DNA of 64,000 nt from Ascoidea asiatica JCM 7603. Its lineage: Eukaryota; Fungi; Ascomycota. The notes under the pieces are model-generated. The model was not told the DNA's origin. It worked only from the letters and a program-made list of their open reading frames with translations, and did no database searches. The position numbers and the translations under genes were made by a program. Location of the stretch: positions 1,899,434 through 1,963,433 of the forward strand of contig BCKQ01000002.1 of the NCBI GenBank assembly GCA_001600695.1, written 5' to 3'. This document shows, piece after piece, positions 22,560-33,682 of the stretch. The stretch's first letter is position 1, and the number at the start of each line of letters is the position of its first letter.

Positions 22560-23387
22560 TCACATAACTGTACAACATTTCATTAAATCTTTTTTACTTT
22601 CTTCTTCTGCTCCTTCAACTACTTCATTTGCTTCAACTTTACTTTGTTTATTTCTAGCTGTGATGGCTTCATCTTTAACAATTTCTGCTTCAACAATTGA
22701 TTCTTGAATTGGTTCTTGAATTGATTCTTGAATTGGTTCTTGAACTGATTCTTCTTTTAATTCATTAAATTCAGAAATACCAAAAAATTTACAAACTGTT
22801 TTATAAAATTCAATACCTTGAATTTCACAAATTTTTAATTCTAATTCACTTGCAATTCTTGATCCATCACCTCCTGCAAATGTTCCTGATCCCCATGGTG
22901 AACCTCCATGAATTTCTTCTAAATTAGATAATTCTTTAAATGAATTTTTATAACCTAATGGTATATAAATCATACCATGATGAACAATACTTGATAATGA
23001 ATTTCTAATTGTAATTTCTTGTCCACCTCCAATTGTACCTGTACTTGTAAAAAATCCAATAAATTTACCATGTAATGTTCCTTCACTCCATAATCCACCT
23101 GTTTGTCCCCAAAAATCAACCCATTGATAAGGTAAATTACCAAATCTTGTTGGTATACCAAATAAAAATCCATCATATTCTTTTAATTTTTCAATTGTTA
23201 TTATTGGAATTTCTTCATTTAATTTATTTACTCCCATTTTTTTTAAAATTTCTTCATTTAAAATTTCTGGAATTTGATAAATATCAACTTTACCACCAAT
23301 TGATTTAATTCCTTTTTCAATTGATTTACTCATATTATTAATATGTCCATACATAGAATAATAAATAATTGCAATTTTTGGAGCCAT
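22560..23387 (-). CDS. YCP4: Flavodoxin-like NAD(P)H:quinone oxidoreductase (WrbA family), Ycp4 type
   Basis: KIAIIYYSMYGHI, FLFGIPTRFG, GGGQE, HGGSPWGSGTFAG; C-terminal extension ending CCTVM (lipidation motif typical of Ycp4). Confidence 0.92.
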   Translation of the reverse strand: MAPKIAIIYYSMYGHINNMSKSIEKGIKSIGGKVDIYQIPEILNEEILKKMGVNKLNEEIPIITIEKLKEYDGFLFGIPTRFGNLPYQWVDFWGQTGGLWSEGTLHGKFIGFFTSTGTIGGGQEITIRNSLSSIVHHGMIYIPLGYKNSFKELSNLEEIHGGSPWGSGTFAGGDGSRIASELELKICEIQGIEFYKTVCKFFGISEFNELKEESVQEPIQESIQEPIQESIVEAEIVKDEAITARNKQSKVEANEVVEGAEEESKKDLMKCCTVM

Positions 23388-24009
23388 TTTTATTTATATT
23401 AATTAATTAATTATCTAACTTTTTTATATTTCAATTTCAATTTCAATTTCAATTTCAATTTCAATTTCTAAATCTATATCTCAATTAAATTAATTATTAA
23501 ATATTTCAATTAATAAATAAAAGATAAATACTTTTTTATATCAAATTATATAAATTCATTGTTTATTATATTCATTTATTAATCATATATTCATTTATCA
23601 TTTAATTTTCCAGAATCTTTCAAAACTTACTTTTCTCACTGTAAAACGGCCTTGTATTTATCTATTTAACTAATTAACCATGTATTACTAATTTTTACAA
23701 AGCATTACGTTAAAATTACTACTCGAGCTCTTCTCTTTTTTTCCATTTCATAACATTCCTTCCAGCTTTTCGATTTTCCAATTTCAATTTATCCTTACCA
23801 GAACAATAGTAATCCGGAGTGCGGGTTTACACGGAAAGTATTTTAAACGGATTGAAAAAAATAAAAATAAAGTCACATGACAATTGAAGCACGTGCTTTG
23901 AAGGAAACCCACAGTTCTGGGGTCAACATTAGTTCAATTTCAACTTCAATAAAGTAGTAATTCATTTATCAAAAATATCATTTATCAATTGTTATTTATT
24001 ATTTATCAT

Positions 24010-24100
24010 TTACCAATTACCAATTACCAATTACCAATTACCAATTACCAATTACCAATTACCAATTACCAATTACCAATTACCAATTACCAATTACCAA
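24010..24100. repeat. Perfect (TTACCAA)13 heptamer array
   Basis: 91 bp of exact 7-mer repeats. Confidence 0.95.
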
Positions 24101-27043
24101 TTAACAGTAGTTTATTATCAATCAAATTATCAAATATCAATCATCATTCATCATTTAGTTTTAGTCCCATCAGCTATATTGAATCTGCTTTAATATATTC
24201 AAGTTAATTTCCAAATTCAGAACCGCAAGGATTCCGAAATGCTAAATATTCACAATCATAACTAACTACATTGCAGAAAAATATTGACTCAGTTTAAATT
24301 ATATTTCATCTAATCAAATTTCAAATTTCAGAAAAAGTCAGATACAATACTATATTACATATAAATTTCAACTCTGATTATAATATTTCTCCAATTTAAA
24401 TCTAATATTGATATTTAGTTTGAACTGATCTACTTTCATAAATACTTTGGGTAAAATATGAAATTTGAATACTATGGTGATAACATTATCAGTATACTAT
24501 AAGGTTATTATAAATTATATTAATTGATATTAATTAATATTAACTACTCTACAATACTTGATTGATAAACATTATTTTTAATTTCTTTAAAGTTAATAAT
24601 TCAAAATATCTTAAACAAAACTCGCATGTAGGTTTTCATCTTATTTATTTTTATTTTATTTTATTCAAATTTATTTTTACAAACTTATGGTAAAAATATT
24701 AAAATCTCACCCGATATTTGTTTCAAATTATTTATCTTCTCAAAATTTTTACTAATTTACTACCTTAGTTGCTCACTCGTTCAAAATTTTAATTTCGTTT
24801 AAATTATTCGCTACTAGAACTGTGTGACTTAATAATTGAGATATTTTATTATGAAAAAAATCTAATATAATTATTACTGTACTATTACAGTTCTTACCTC
24901 ATTCTAAGACTTTTATTACATTACATTATCCAGTATATTGTTTTTGCGACAAATTATCCCTAAAAGTTTTATGAATTTTCCAATCATTTTAAATCTCTAT
25001 TTCAATCTCAAATTTCATTAAAAAATTTATTTTGAAATCAGGTTATTTTATCTTTTACAAATATCTCAATATTATAATCAAGTTTTTTTTTCCGATGGAA
25101 TAACTCTTTAATATTTGAGACTTCTTTGAAAATTATTATCTCCTGAAAAAAATGCATCTGTTTTCAGAGTATCTTTCAATAATAATGCTTTAAAACTTAT
25201 AAAGTTATAAATTTTACTTTTGCGCTCAAGAAACAAATTCAAAGATCAAAAACAGAAATTTAAAAAGAAAAACAAAAAGGAACTATTCAATGGATAGGCA
25301 AACTAGTCCCTATTGAACTCTAGAATATTCTTTAATCATTCAACTGTTTTTTCACTTAAAAATCCTTAATCAATTCAACTGAACTAAAATTTAAGAAAAT
25401 AAAAAAGTAAAATCATTTAATTCAATATTTTAATCTTAGAATCTCTTAGAATAGTTTTAAAATTACCGCATTGTACATTTATTATATCTAAGACAAATGA
25501 AATCATTAAAAACCAAATTCTCAATAAGAGGATAATACAACAATAAGTTCATAATCGTATATGATTAATTTTTTTTTTTTTTTCTTAATTTCAATTACTT
25601 AACTTTCATGACTGATTTTTTTGTTTTTATAATGATTTTTTCTCCATTGATTACTCCAAAACTTAATTTTTTTTGTTATTAAGTATTAAAATTTTCTCCT
25701 CAGTGAATTATTACTTCTTTACATAATTCAATAATGCCAATACTCTCCATTCATCATTAATAACAGTAAATTAGATTATACTAGTACAGTGCTATAAGAA
25801 TAATAAAAAAAAGTATTAAAGCTTATTAGAATTTTGTATAAATTAAAAAATTTAAAATTATTATCAATAAATTAAAATATTCAATAATAAATGTTTATGC
25901 TAAAAGAAAACTTACAATAGAAAATAAGTCAAAAAGAATTTAATCAAATTAGTAAACGGTAAGTTTAAATCTTTTTTCAACCATAATTTAAAATAAAATA
26001 GCATCTAGTTGAATTTAGTTTATTATTAGTATTTAATAAAAAAAAATAAAATATAAAATATTCAAAAAATAAGTACGACATGTTTTCAGTCTAAGTTTAC
26101 GGTCTGAAATTTACTATATACATGGTATTCGGAAATATTCATACCTTCATCTAAAATAATGTCTTGGTTTCGATGTTCAATAAAAAGTTTTGGTAAATAT
26201 TGAAAAAAAAATTAAAATATATATCTTCAATTGTCAAGTTATTAAAAATAGATTATATAGGCATAACCGACAAAACAAATATTGCAATACTACTTTTTTT
26301 ATCTTCCAAAACCTGAAAATATTATTCGTCTTTCAATTTCGCTACAAAATGTTTTAAAAGACAAATTTTTCTCTGAATTGCATTAAAAGGGATATTTCTT
26401 TATTATCAACCACTGTGAATCCCCAAACTCAGGGCAAAATAAAATTCAACTTAAATGGAAATAACTCTTTTAATTTATAATTTCATATAGTGATGTGTGA
26501 TGAACAATAATGAACACAATAAATTCACTGACTTCAAATTGAAATAAAAGAAAGAAAATGTGCTTTTGAATTATTTCACTAAAAACTGTAAGTTGAAAAA
26601 CAGAGAAACCGACCCACCTCACTGGTTTTAAATGTTACTGCATCTAAAGGTATTTAAATGTATATATGGTTAAATTACGTAATATTCTTTGGATAATACC
26701 ATATTTGTGGTTCCAATCGATTTTTCTTTTTTTAAGTTGGCACTAACATTCAAAAAAAAAAATAGGCCTGAGTTTTTACAAAGAAACATTAAATAATGCA
26801 AAATTCAACCTTTGAGTCTCTCAAAATTTCCAACTTGCACAAGAATTCTCGATATTTATTTTTTTTTCGAAAACTTGGCCGATTATTTTTTTCCAAGCAA
26901 TAAAAATATGGATCTGATTTAATTTTTAAGTATTTAATGAATGAAAAAGGATTTAGAAGTGATTATCCTTATCGAGTTCATTAATTTATATATTTCAATT
27001 TCATTCTGAAATATTTTCATTTCAAAATATTTTTATTAGAAGA

Positions 27044-28846
27044 ATGAAGAATTTTGGTGAAAGACCTCATGTTTTTAAAAACACATTTCATGAATTATGT
27101 GTGGTTTTCTTAATTTGTATGATTCAATTATTGACTCAATGTGGGACTGGACAAACATTACCTATAATGAATATTATAGCGGATTCCTTTGGAAATAAAG
27201 TTACTTCAGGTGATAAAGTTTGGTTCATGGCTTCATATCCATTAACTGTTGGTACTTTTATTTTAATATCTGGAAGATTAGGAGATATATTAGGCTTGAA
27301 AAAAATATTTATCATTGGTTGTCTTTTTTCTGCAATTTGGTCTTTGATTGCAGGATTTTCTTCATACTCTAAAAGTACTGTTTTTTTCATAGTTTGTAGA
27401 GCATTTCAAGGTGTTGGTTGTGCTTTTGCAATGCCTTGTGGATTAGGTATTTTAGGATTGGTTTATAAAAATGGTACAGTTAGAAAAAACTTTGTTTTTG
27501 CTACATTTGGAGTATTCGCTCCTATTGGTGCTTACATGGGCTATTTAATGTCACCAGTTGTTAGTCAACTATATAAATGGGCTTTATCTTTTTATCTTTA
27601 CTCCATTGTTTGCTTTCTTATCGGAATCATTTCTCTTTTTGTTTTACCTAATCCAACTCCTCAATCAATGCTTTTATTTCAAGAAAATCAGAATAATGAA
27701 CAAGAAAAACAAAAAGAAAAACAGAAAGAAACAAAAGAGACTGAAGATAACCGAGAGAATCCAGAAAATGAATTAAACTTAAAAATTGTGGATAATAAAA
27801 ATTCAAATGATTTTCCTAAGAATAGAAATAATGATAATAATTTAGATATCAGGAAAGAAGAAAGTATAAATGAACAAGTCGAGAATTTTGTTCAAGAAGC
27901 AAATGTAAATGATGAAAATCAAAATGATATGACGTTTCAAAAATCAATCACTCATTCTTTAACCAGAGTTTCAACAACAGCTTCAGTTGTTTTAACTGAT
28001 TTACAGAAATTGGATTTCATTGGAAGTTCATTAGGTGTTCTTGGATTAATCTTATTCAATTTTTCATGGAATCAAGCTCCTGTTGTTGGTTGGGATAGTC
28101 CTTATATTATTGTATTATTAATAATTTCTATTATTTCTCTCATATCATTTTTCATTTATGAAAAAAATTATTCAGTTTATCCTTTAATTCCAAAGAATGT
28201 TTTAAATTTTAAAACTACATTAATTTTAGCATGTATTGCATTTGGTTGGGGCTCATTCGGAGTTTACTTATATTATTTTTGGTCATTTATTTTGAATGAA
28301 AAACATTACACTCCTATTCAAGGTGGATTTTGTATGTTACCTTTTATGTTTTTTGGGGTAATTGCAGCAATTTTAGTTGGATTATTGATTGATTTAATTG
28401 ATGCTTCTTTTTTAATATTTGCTGCTATGTGTGCTTTTTTATTTGGAATTGCAATGTTAGCTTGGACTCCAGTTCATCAATCATATTGGAAAATGCTTTT
28501 TCCACAATCAATTATCTCATTTGGAATGGATTTGAGTTTTCCTGCAGGTGCTATATTACTTTCAAATAAATTACCTAAAAAACATCAAGGTATGGCTGGC
28601 TCTTTAGTCTCAACTATGGTAAGTTATTCAACCTCAATTTTTTTAGGAGTTGGATCAACTGCAGAAACATATTACCTTAAAAATAATTCTAATAAATCTC
28701 AGTTAGATGGTTATAGAGCAGGAATGTATGCAGGCGTTGGAATTGCATCTTTAGGTGTAGTTACTTCTGTTGTATTGATTATTGAAAGTATGGTACATAA
28801 ATCTCCAAAAGATTTTAAAAATTCAGAAGATATAGAGAAGAAATAA
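27044..28846 (+). CDS. ATR1: DHA2-family MFS drug/H+ antiporter, Atr1-like
   Basis: WFMASYPLTVGTFILISGRLGDILG, CRAFQGVG, LILFNFSWNQAPVVGW, GWGSFG, GMDLSFPA, HQGMAGSLV; about 14 TMs. Confidence 0.82.
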   Translation: MKNFGERPHVFKNTFHELCVVFLICMIQLLTQCGTGQTLPIMNIIADSFGNKVTSGDKVWFMASYPLTVGTFILISGRLGDILGLKKIFIIGCLFSAIWSLIAGFSSYSKSTVFFIVCRAFQGVGCAFAMPCGLGILGLVYKNGTVRKNFVFATFGVFAPIGAYMGYLMSPVVSQLYKWALSFYLYSIVCFLIGIISLFVLPNPTPQSMLLFQENQNNEQEKQKEKQKETKETEDNRENPENELNLKIVDNKNSNDFPKNRNNDNNLDIRKEESINEQVENFVQEANVNDENQNDMTFQKSITHSLTRVSTTASVVLTDLQKLDFIGSSLGVLGLILFNFSWNQAPVVGWDSPYIIVLLIISIISLISFFIYEKNYSVYPLIPKNVLNFKTTLILACIAFGWGSFGVYLYYFWSFILNEKHYTPIQGGFCMLPFMFFGVIAAILVGLLIDLIDASFLIFAAMCAFLFGIAMLAWTPVHQSYWKMLFPQSIISFGMDLSFPAGAILLSNKLPKKHQGMAGSLVSTMVSYSTSIFLGVGSTAETYYLKNNSNKSQLDGYRAGMYAGVGIASLGVVTSVVLIIESMVHKSPKDFKNSEDIEKK

Positions 28847-29963
28847 TCTGTTCATTAAACAATTTACTAAATTCTCTGCTTAATTCTCTAATGATTGTTG
28901 TCATTCCCCATAGGTTATTTTCTGAAAAACGGAGAAAAATGGTTCATTTATCTGGTGAGCTGAAAACTCTAATAAAAGCTCCGATTGTTTCTAGATATAA
29001 ATATTTGCCATCTATTTTTCGTGACATTAATTTTTTACAAAAGTTTTAATCTATGAGAAGGAAAAGTAATGATTTTATAAAAGATGCAGTATCAAATGAA
29101 ATATATTACTTTTCTGAGGTATTAAAATTTTAGATCTAGGGTTATTTTAGTCACTTCAAAAACAAGGGCTTTTTAATATTAGAAGCATATTTTCCTTTTC
29201 TCGACAACTTAATATCAAGTCTAATGTTCTTTGTTTAATATATGATACATATTTCTTTCAATATAATATCAATCATTATAATTTTAGTTAAATAAAGGAC
29301 CTGAACCTGCCTGAGAATGTTTTGTTTTTAAATATTCAACTTTTAAGATATGCTTTAAATAAAGCCTAAGTAATTCACAATAATGATAATTTATATTCAT
29401 ATTAGTAGCTTTAATTCAATAACGATCAATCATGAAGCCACTCGAAACACATGATCTAACAAGTTTTTTTTCAATAATGTGGATCAATGTTTTCAAAAAA
29501 TATTTTAAATTTCAACTGAATTTGTGAATGACTTTCAGTATCATCAAAATTATTGACCTGATCAAATCATTGCCATACTGATTTGAAAATTTTCAATTTA
29601 AAATTCCATATTTGAGTGTGGTTATTGGGCTTGATAAATAGAATGATAATTATTTAACAAAATAGAGTTTCTGATTTTAGAAAAAAGATTTCACTTTATC
29701 AAGAGTTGTTGAACAGTTTTTCCTTAGACATTTGCCTAATAGTTTATAACTTTATTAATATTTTTATCAAACATGGTTTCTATTAACCCCGTCAAATAAA
29801 CTATAACTAGTTCTGTTATTCCTTTTGCCTTTATGGTTGTAGTCTCAAAAAAAAAACTCCTATATTATAAATTGTCTCTTCTCTCTCTGGTTGGCCTGAT
29901 GACCACTCTCAGTTTCTTCAATCTATTTCGAAATAAAGGGAAAGGCTAAAAATTCAAGGAAAA

Positions 29964-30035
29964 TCCGTGATAGTTTAGTGGCTAGAATTGCCGCTTGTCG
30001 CGTGGCAGACCGGGGTTCAATTCCCCGTCGCGGAG
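29964..30035 (+). tRNA. tRNA-Asp(GTC)
   Basis: TCCGTGATAGTTTAGTGGCTAGAATTGCCGCTTGTCGCGTGGCAGACCGGGGTTCAATTCCCCGTCGCGGAG followed by a T-run. Confidence 0.96.
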
Positions 30036-30468
30036 TTAATTTTTTTCTAAAATTTCAGTACTTTTTTTCAAATTTTGTTACACTTTTTCTTTTTTTATTG
30101 CTTTTTTTTCTCTTTTATTACTTTTTATTTCCATGAACAATGGATCAAATCAACTATTGAAAATAGCCTCGATTCACTTATTTTTCTTATTGTTCTTGAT
30201 ATAATGAAAAAATTATGAACAAAAAATCTTATTAGATAGAATAGAATCAAACTGATTAGATTAAACATTTGAAAGAAATGTGTAAGCGATATTGAATCAA
30301 ATTAAACTATTTTTTTTCTCGAACGATTCGAAGTAAATTGAGAAAATAAAAAGCTACTTTTGAATTATTTAATGATTTTTCAATAGATAATGTATTTCAT
30401 ATAGGTAATTATAAACTAAAAATGATATATATATTGAATATATAAATTAAAATGAAAAATTATAGTAA

Positions 30469-31524
30469 TTATTGATTTAAATGCTCTGGAGAATTAACTA
30501 AATCATAAAATTCTTTATAATCATAATAATCAGGTCTGAAAGTTTTTGCATTTTTAGATTTTTTAATTAAAATATTAAATTTATTACCTTTTAATAAAAT
30601 TCCAGGATAAAAAGGTAAAGTTAAAAGTAAAATTGCAGCAGATATCATTGCAGCATCTAAAATTAATAAATAAATTTCATGAGTTGCTAAATAACCTTTT
30701 AAAGTTTCTTTTAATTCAACAACTCTATAAATACAACGAATATAAATTAAAATAATTGAAAAAGAAATAAGTAAAGGTAATAAATTAAAAAATTTTCCAA
30801 TTCTAATTTTTTGAAATTTTGGATCAAATAAATGATCTTTTTCTTTTAAAGTAAAATGATGTTTTTTTAAATTTTTATTTTCTTGAAGTAAATTATCAGT
30901 TTTAAAATAAATTGAATAAATAAAATGAGACCAAAAAAATAAAAAAATAGTCATGGTAATAATTTGAATAATTATTCCAGCTAAAGCAATATGAGAACCA
31001 GTTTTTGGAGATTGACCTTGAGTGATTTTTTTAGCAGCAATTCCACCACCAAGAGCTTGAACAAATAAACAAATTACATCAGTAGTTATGAAGAAAATTG
31101 AATAAATTTTTGGATTTAAAATTGAATAATAATCACCATAAATTACAACTAATTGAGCTAAAAGATAATAAATTCCAGCCATAATAAAAGCAGGAGCAAA
31201 AGTTAAACAAATTATTTGAATTTTATAATAAGTTGATTGAGAAGTATTAAAATGAGCTAATAATCTTGAAATATAACCAATAATTTCAGCAATTGAACCT
31301 AAAGTAATTGTAATTTGAAACCATTTTTGTTTGAATAAAAATCCTAAAATTAATTGAGAAATTATAATAAAACCAAAAATTATTGTAAAAACCAAATTTG
31401 CTGGTAATGAAGGAGTATATCCAAAAGGATTTTCAACTATTGCAGCAAGTGATTCAGCTTCCAATTCACTTATTGAAGTAGTAGAAAAAGAAGCTAAGGT
31501 ATCAGTAGTTATTGTTGTAGACAT
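30469..31524 (-). CDS. RTA1/RSB1-family 7-TM lipid-translocating exporter
   Basis: FGYTPSL, EIIGYISR, QIICLTFAPAFIMAGIY, DVICLFVQALGGG, IRCIYRVVEL, HEIYLLILD; first ATG MSTTIT at 31524. Confidence 0.88.
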   Translation of the reverse strand: MSTTITTDTLASFSTTSISELEAESLAAIVENPFGYTPSLPANLVFTIIFGFIIISQLILGFLFKQKWFQITITLGSIAEIIGYISRLLAHFNTSQSTYYKIQIICLTFAPAFIMAGIYYLLAQLVVIYGDYYSILNPKIYSIFFITTDVICLFVQALGGGIAAKKITQGQSPKTGSHIALAGIIIQIITMTIFLFFWSHFIYSIYFKTDNLLQENKNLKKHHFTLKEKDHLFDPKFQKIRIGKFFNLLPLLISFSIILIYIRCIYRVVELKETLKGYLATHEIYLLILDAAMISAAILLLTLPFYPGILLKGNKFNILIKKSKNAKTFRPDYYDYKEFYDLVNSPEHLNQ

Positions 31525-31616
31525 TTTTAAAAAGATAAAGACACAAGAAAGCAAAAGAAAAAGTTTAAAATTGATTGAGAGAAGATCAAATTCTAATAAA
31601 CAATGATTTTAAATTT

Positions 31617-31687
31617 AATTAAATTAAATTAAATTAAATTGAATTGAATTGAATTGAATTGAATTGAATTGAATTGAATTGAATTGA
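31617..31687. repeat. (AAATT)/(GAATT)n pentamer array in the RTA1-like 5' leader
   Basis: Tandem aaatt then gaatt units. Confidence 0.85.
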
Positions 31688-32406
31688 TAGATCAAAAAAC
31701 TTATCAATTTAGAGAAAAAATGGCAGTTATTTATACAAAAAAAAGAGAAATCATTTTGAGATTACATTGAATAAGCATGAAAATAATGAAAGAAGATTTT
31801 TGCAAACAATTATTTCTGTTCCTTTGATGGTTTCACTAAGATTAAAAACAATTGTTTTGTTTATATTTAATACAAAACAAAGTGAATTTTTTTTTTTTTC
31901 AAAGAATAGATTGAATTTTAATAAATTTAGGTATCGAACTCCAAATTCTGGGTTGTATTGAAGTAAATTTAAAGTCTGAGCCTGGTTAAAGACAGCCGTG
32001 ATCCGGGCCGTTAGCCGTTAAATATGTAAAGGATTCATACGCCACAAACAAAAATTTGAAAAAATTAATCAAACAAAAGCACCGCCACGCATTTTCAAGC
32101 TTCAGAAACAGAAGCCAGAATTGCGGTACTGTGCTGCATCAGTATTACACTGGCAGCGTGTAACTTTATGCGAAAAGGAAAATCTAGATTTTAAGTTATT
32201 TTTTTTGTATGGCTGGAATTTAGTATACGATAGAAAGAATAATATTTATTAAAATAGAAAATAGTTGGTTTGAAAGTTATGGAAAGTATAATAAGTCATA
32301 AAATTTCACGATAATAAAAATAAGATATTTATTGTAAAGTTATAAATATATAATTTGAAAGTATTGATGCATAGTAAGCTTAAAACCAGAAAAAAAAAAA
32401 AAAAAC

Positions 32407-32703
32407 TCATAAAACAGCTTGTTTTTTTTTCAAAATCTTATTTAATGGTTTGAATAAATATGAAGACAGCTTGTAAATAGATATGATAATTTTACTTAAA
32501 TATGATGGTTCTTCTGGAAAATAACCACCATTTGATGAAACTGTAACTTTTCTTGTAAACTTATTTTTGGTAAATTCTGGTAGTTTATCATTACAAAACT
32601 CGCATTCTTTAATTTCTAAAGTATTTATACCGCCACAAGAACAAACCCACCGATTTTGTTTATAAGCTTCTTTTACAGTTGGAAGTCTGAATTTAGTTTT
32701 CAT
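32407..32703 (-). CDS. Small protein with a RanBP2-like C4 zinc finger
   Basis: WVCSCGGINTLEIKECEFC = W-x-C-x-C-x3-N-x6-C-x2-C; AAAATG context; upstream TATA-like tract and GTCACGTGAC. Confidence 0.65.
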   Translation of the reverse strand: MKTKFRLPTVKEAYKQNRWVCSCGGINTLEIKECEFCNDKLPEFTKNKFTRKVTVSSNGGYFPEEPSYLSKIIISIYKLSSYLFKPLNKILKKKQAVL

Positions 32704-33008
32704 TTTATAAAGTTATTTAAGTTTTTATAGTCAATTTTATAATAGTTTTATTGAAAAAAAAAAGAAAAACTATTTAAGTTAAAAAGAGATATTCGCCGAT
32801 TTTCAAATAATTATTTTCAAAAGTTGTGGAAAAACAATAGTATTTATATAAAATTGCATAAATTATAATTTCTATACTGCGCAACTACGAGGTAATTTTA
32901 ACATTTAATTTTACGAACAGCTATATATTTTGTTGCCTTTTTTTCTATGTGTACCGCGGTCCAAATTTAAAAGTCTCAAAATACCTATTCTATCCACCTT
33001 ACTTTAAA

Positions 33009-33018
33009 GTCACGTGAC
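33009..33018. promoter_or_regulatory. Palindromic Cbf1-type site GTCACGTGAC
   Basis: Exact palindrome about 300 bp upstream of the zinc-finger ORF. Confidence 0.55.
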
Positions 33019-33299
33019 TGTGTTTTAAACTGATTTTAAAGCTTAGTTCTAATGTTCTTTATTTTAGGACTTTTCTACGGAAATAAATAATAAAAGTAAA
33101 TTAGTGAATGAAGTTAAAATTGGTAAAAAAAAACCTTTTTATTGGAATCTGTTAAAAATATATGATAATTTTATTAAAAACCGAATTAAATGAGATTGAT
33201 AAAAACAATCAAACAAGGTTTAATCAACAAAATTAATGATTAAAAATATTGATGTAAAAAAAAAAAATTGATTTACAATATACTGTATTATATTTATTT

Positions 33300-33427
33300 A
33301 AAAGATAAAAGATAAAAGATAAAAGATAAAAGATAAAAGATAAAAGATAAAAGATAAAAGATAAAAGATAAAAGATAAAAGATAAAAGATAAAAGATAAA
33401 AGATAAAAGATAAAAGATAAAAGATAA
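33300..33427. repeat. (AAAAGAT)n heptamer array, about 18 copies
   Basis: Perfect tandem aaaagat downstream of DUR3. Confidence 0.95.
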
Positions 33428-33682
33428 AAAGTTAGTAATAAATATATATTGATAAATATGAAAAGATAAAAATTGAAAAGAAATATAAGAAAATCATAGA
33501 AAATCATAGAAAGTATAGAAAGTATAGAAAGTATAGAAAGTATAGAAATTATAGAAATTATAAAAATTATAAAAACAAAAAAAACAAAAAAAACAAAAAA
33601 TTTAATTTAAGAAAATGTTAAAAATTCAGTAAATTCCAAAATTCAAAAGTTAATGTTTTAAACTAAAAAATAATTAGATTAA

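Noticed and set aside
23790-23830. CCTTACCAGAAC...ATCCGG resembling U5 snRNA
   Set aside because: Invariant loop 1 GCCTTTTAC and the closing stem are absent
23989-24207. ORF with (PITNYQL)n, and CRISPR or telomere interpretation of the array; likewise the 33298-33507 ORF
   Set aside because: Translation artefacts of spacer-less 7-bp microsatellites located internally
33009-33190. Possible point centromere (CDEI GTCACGTG, AT-rich spacer, CCGAA); also GTCACATG at 23872
   Set aside because: No proper CDEIII consensus (TGT..TG.TTTCCGAA); more simply Cbf1 promoter sites
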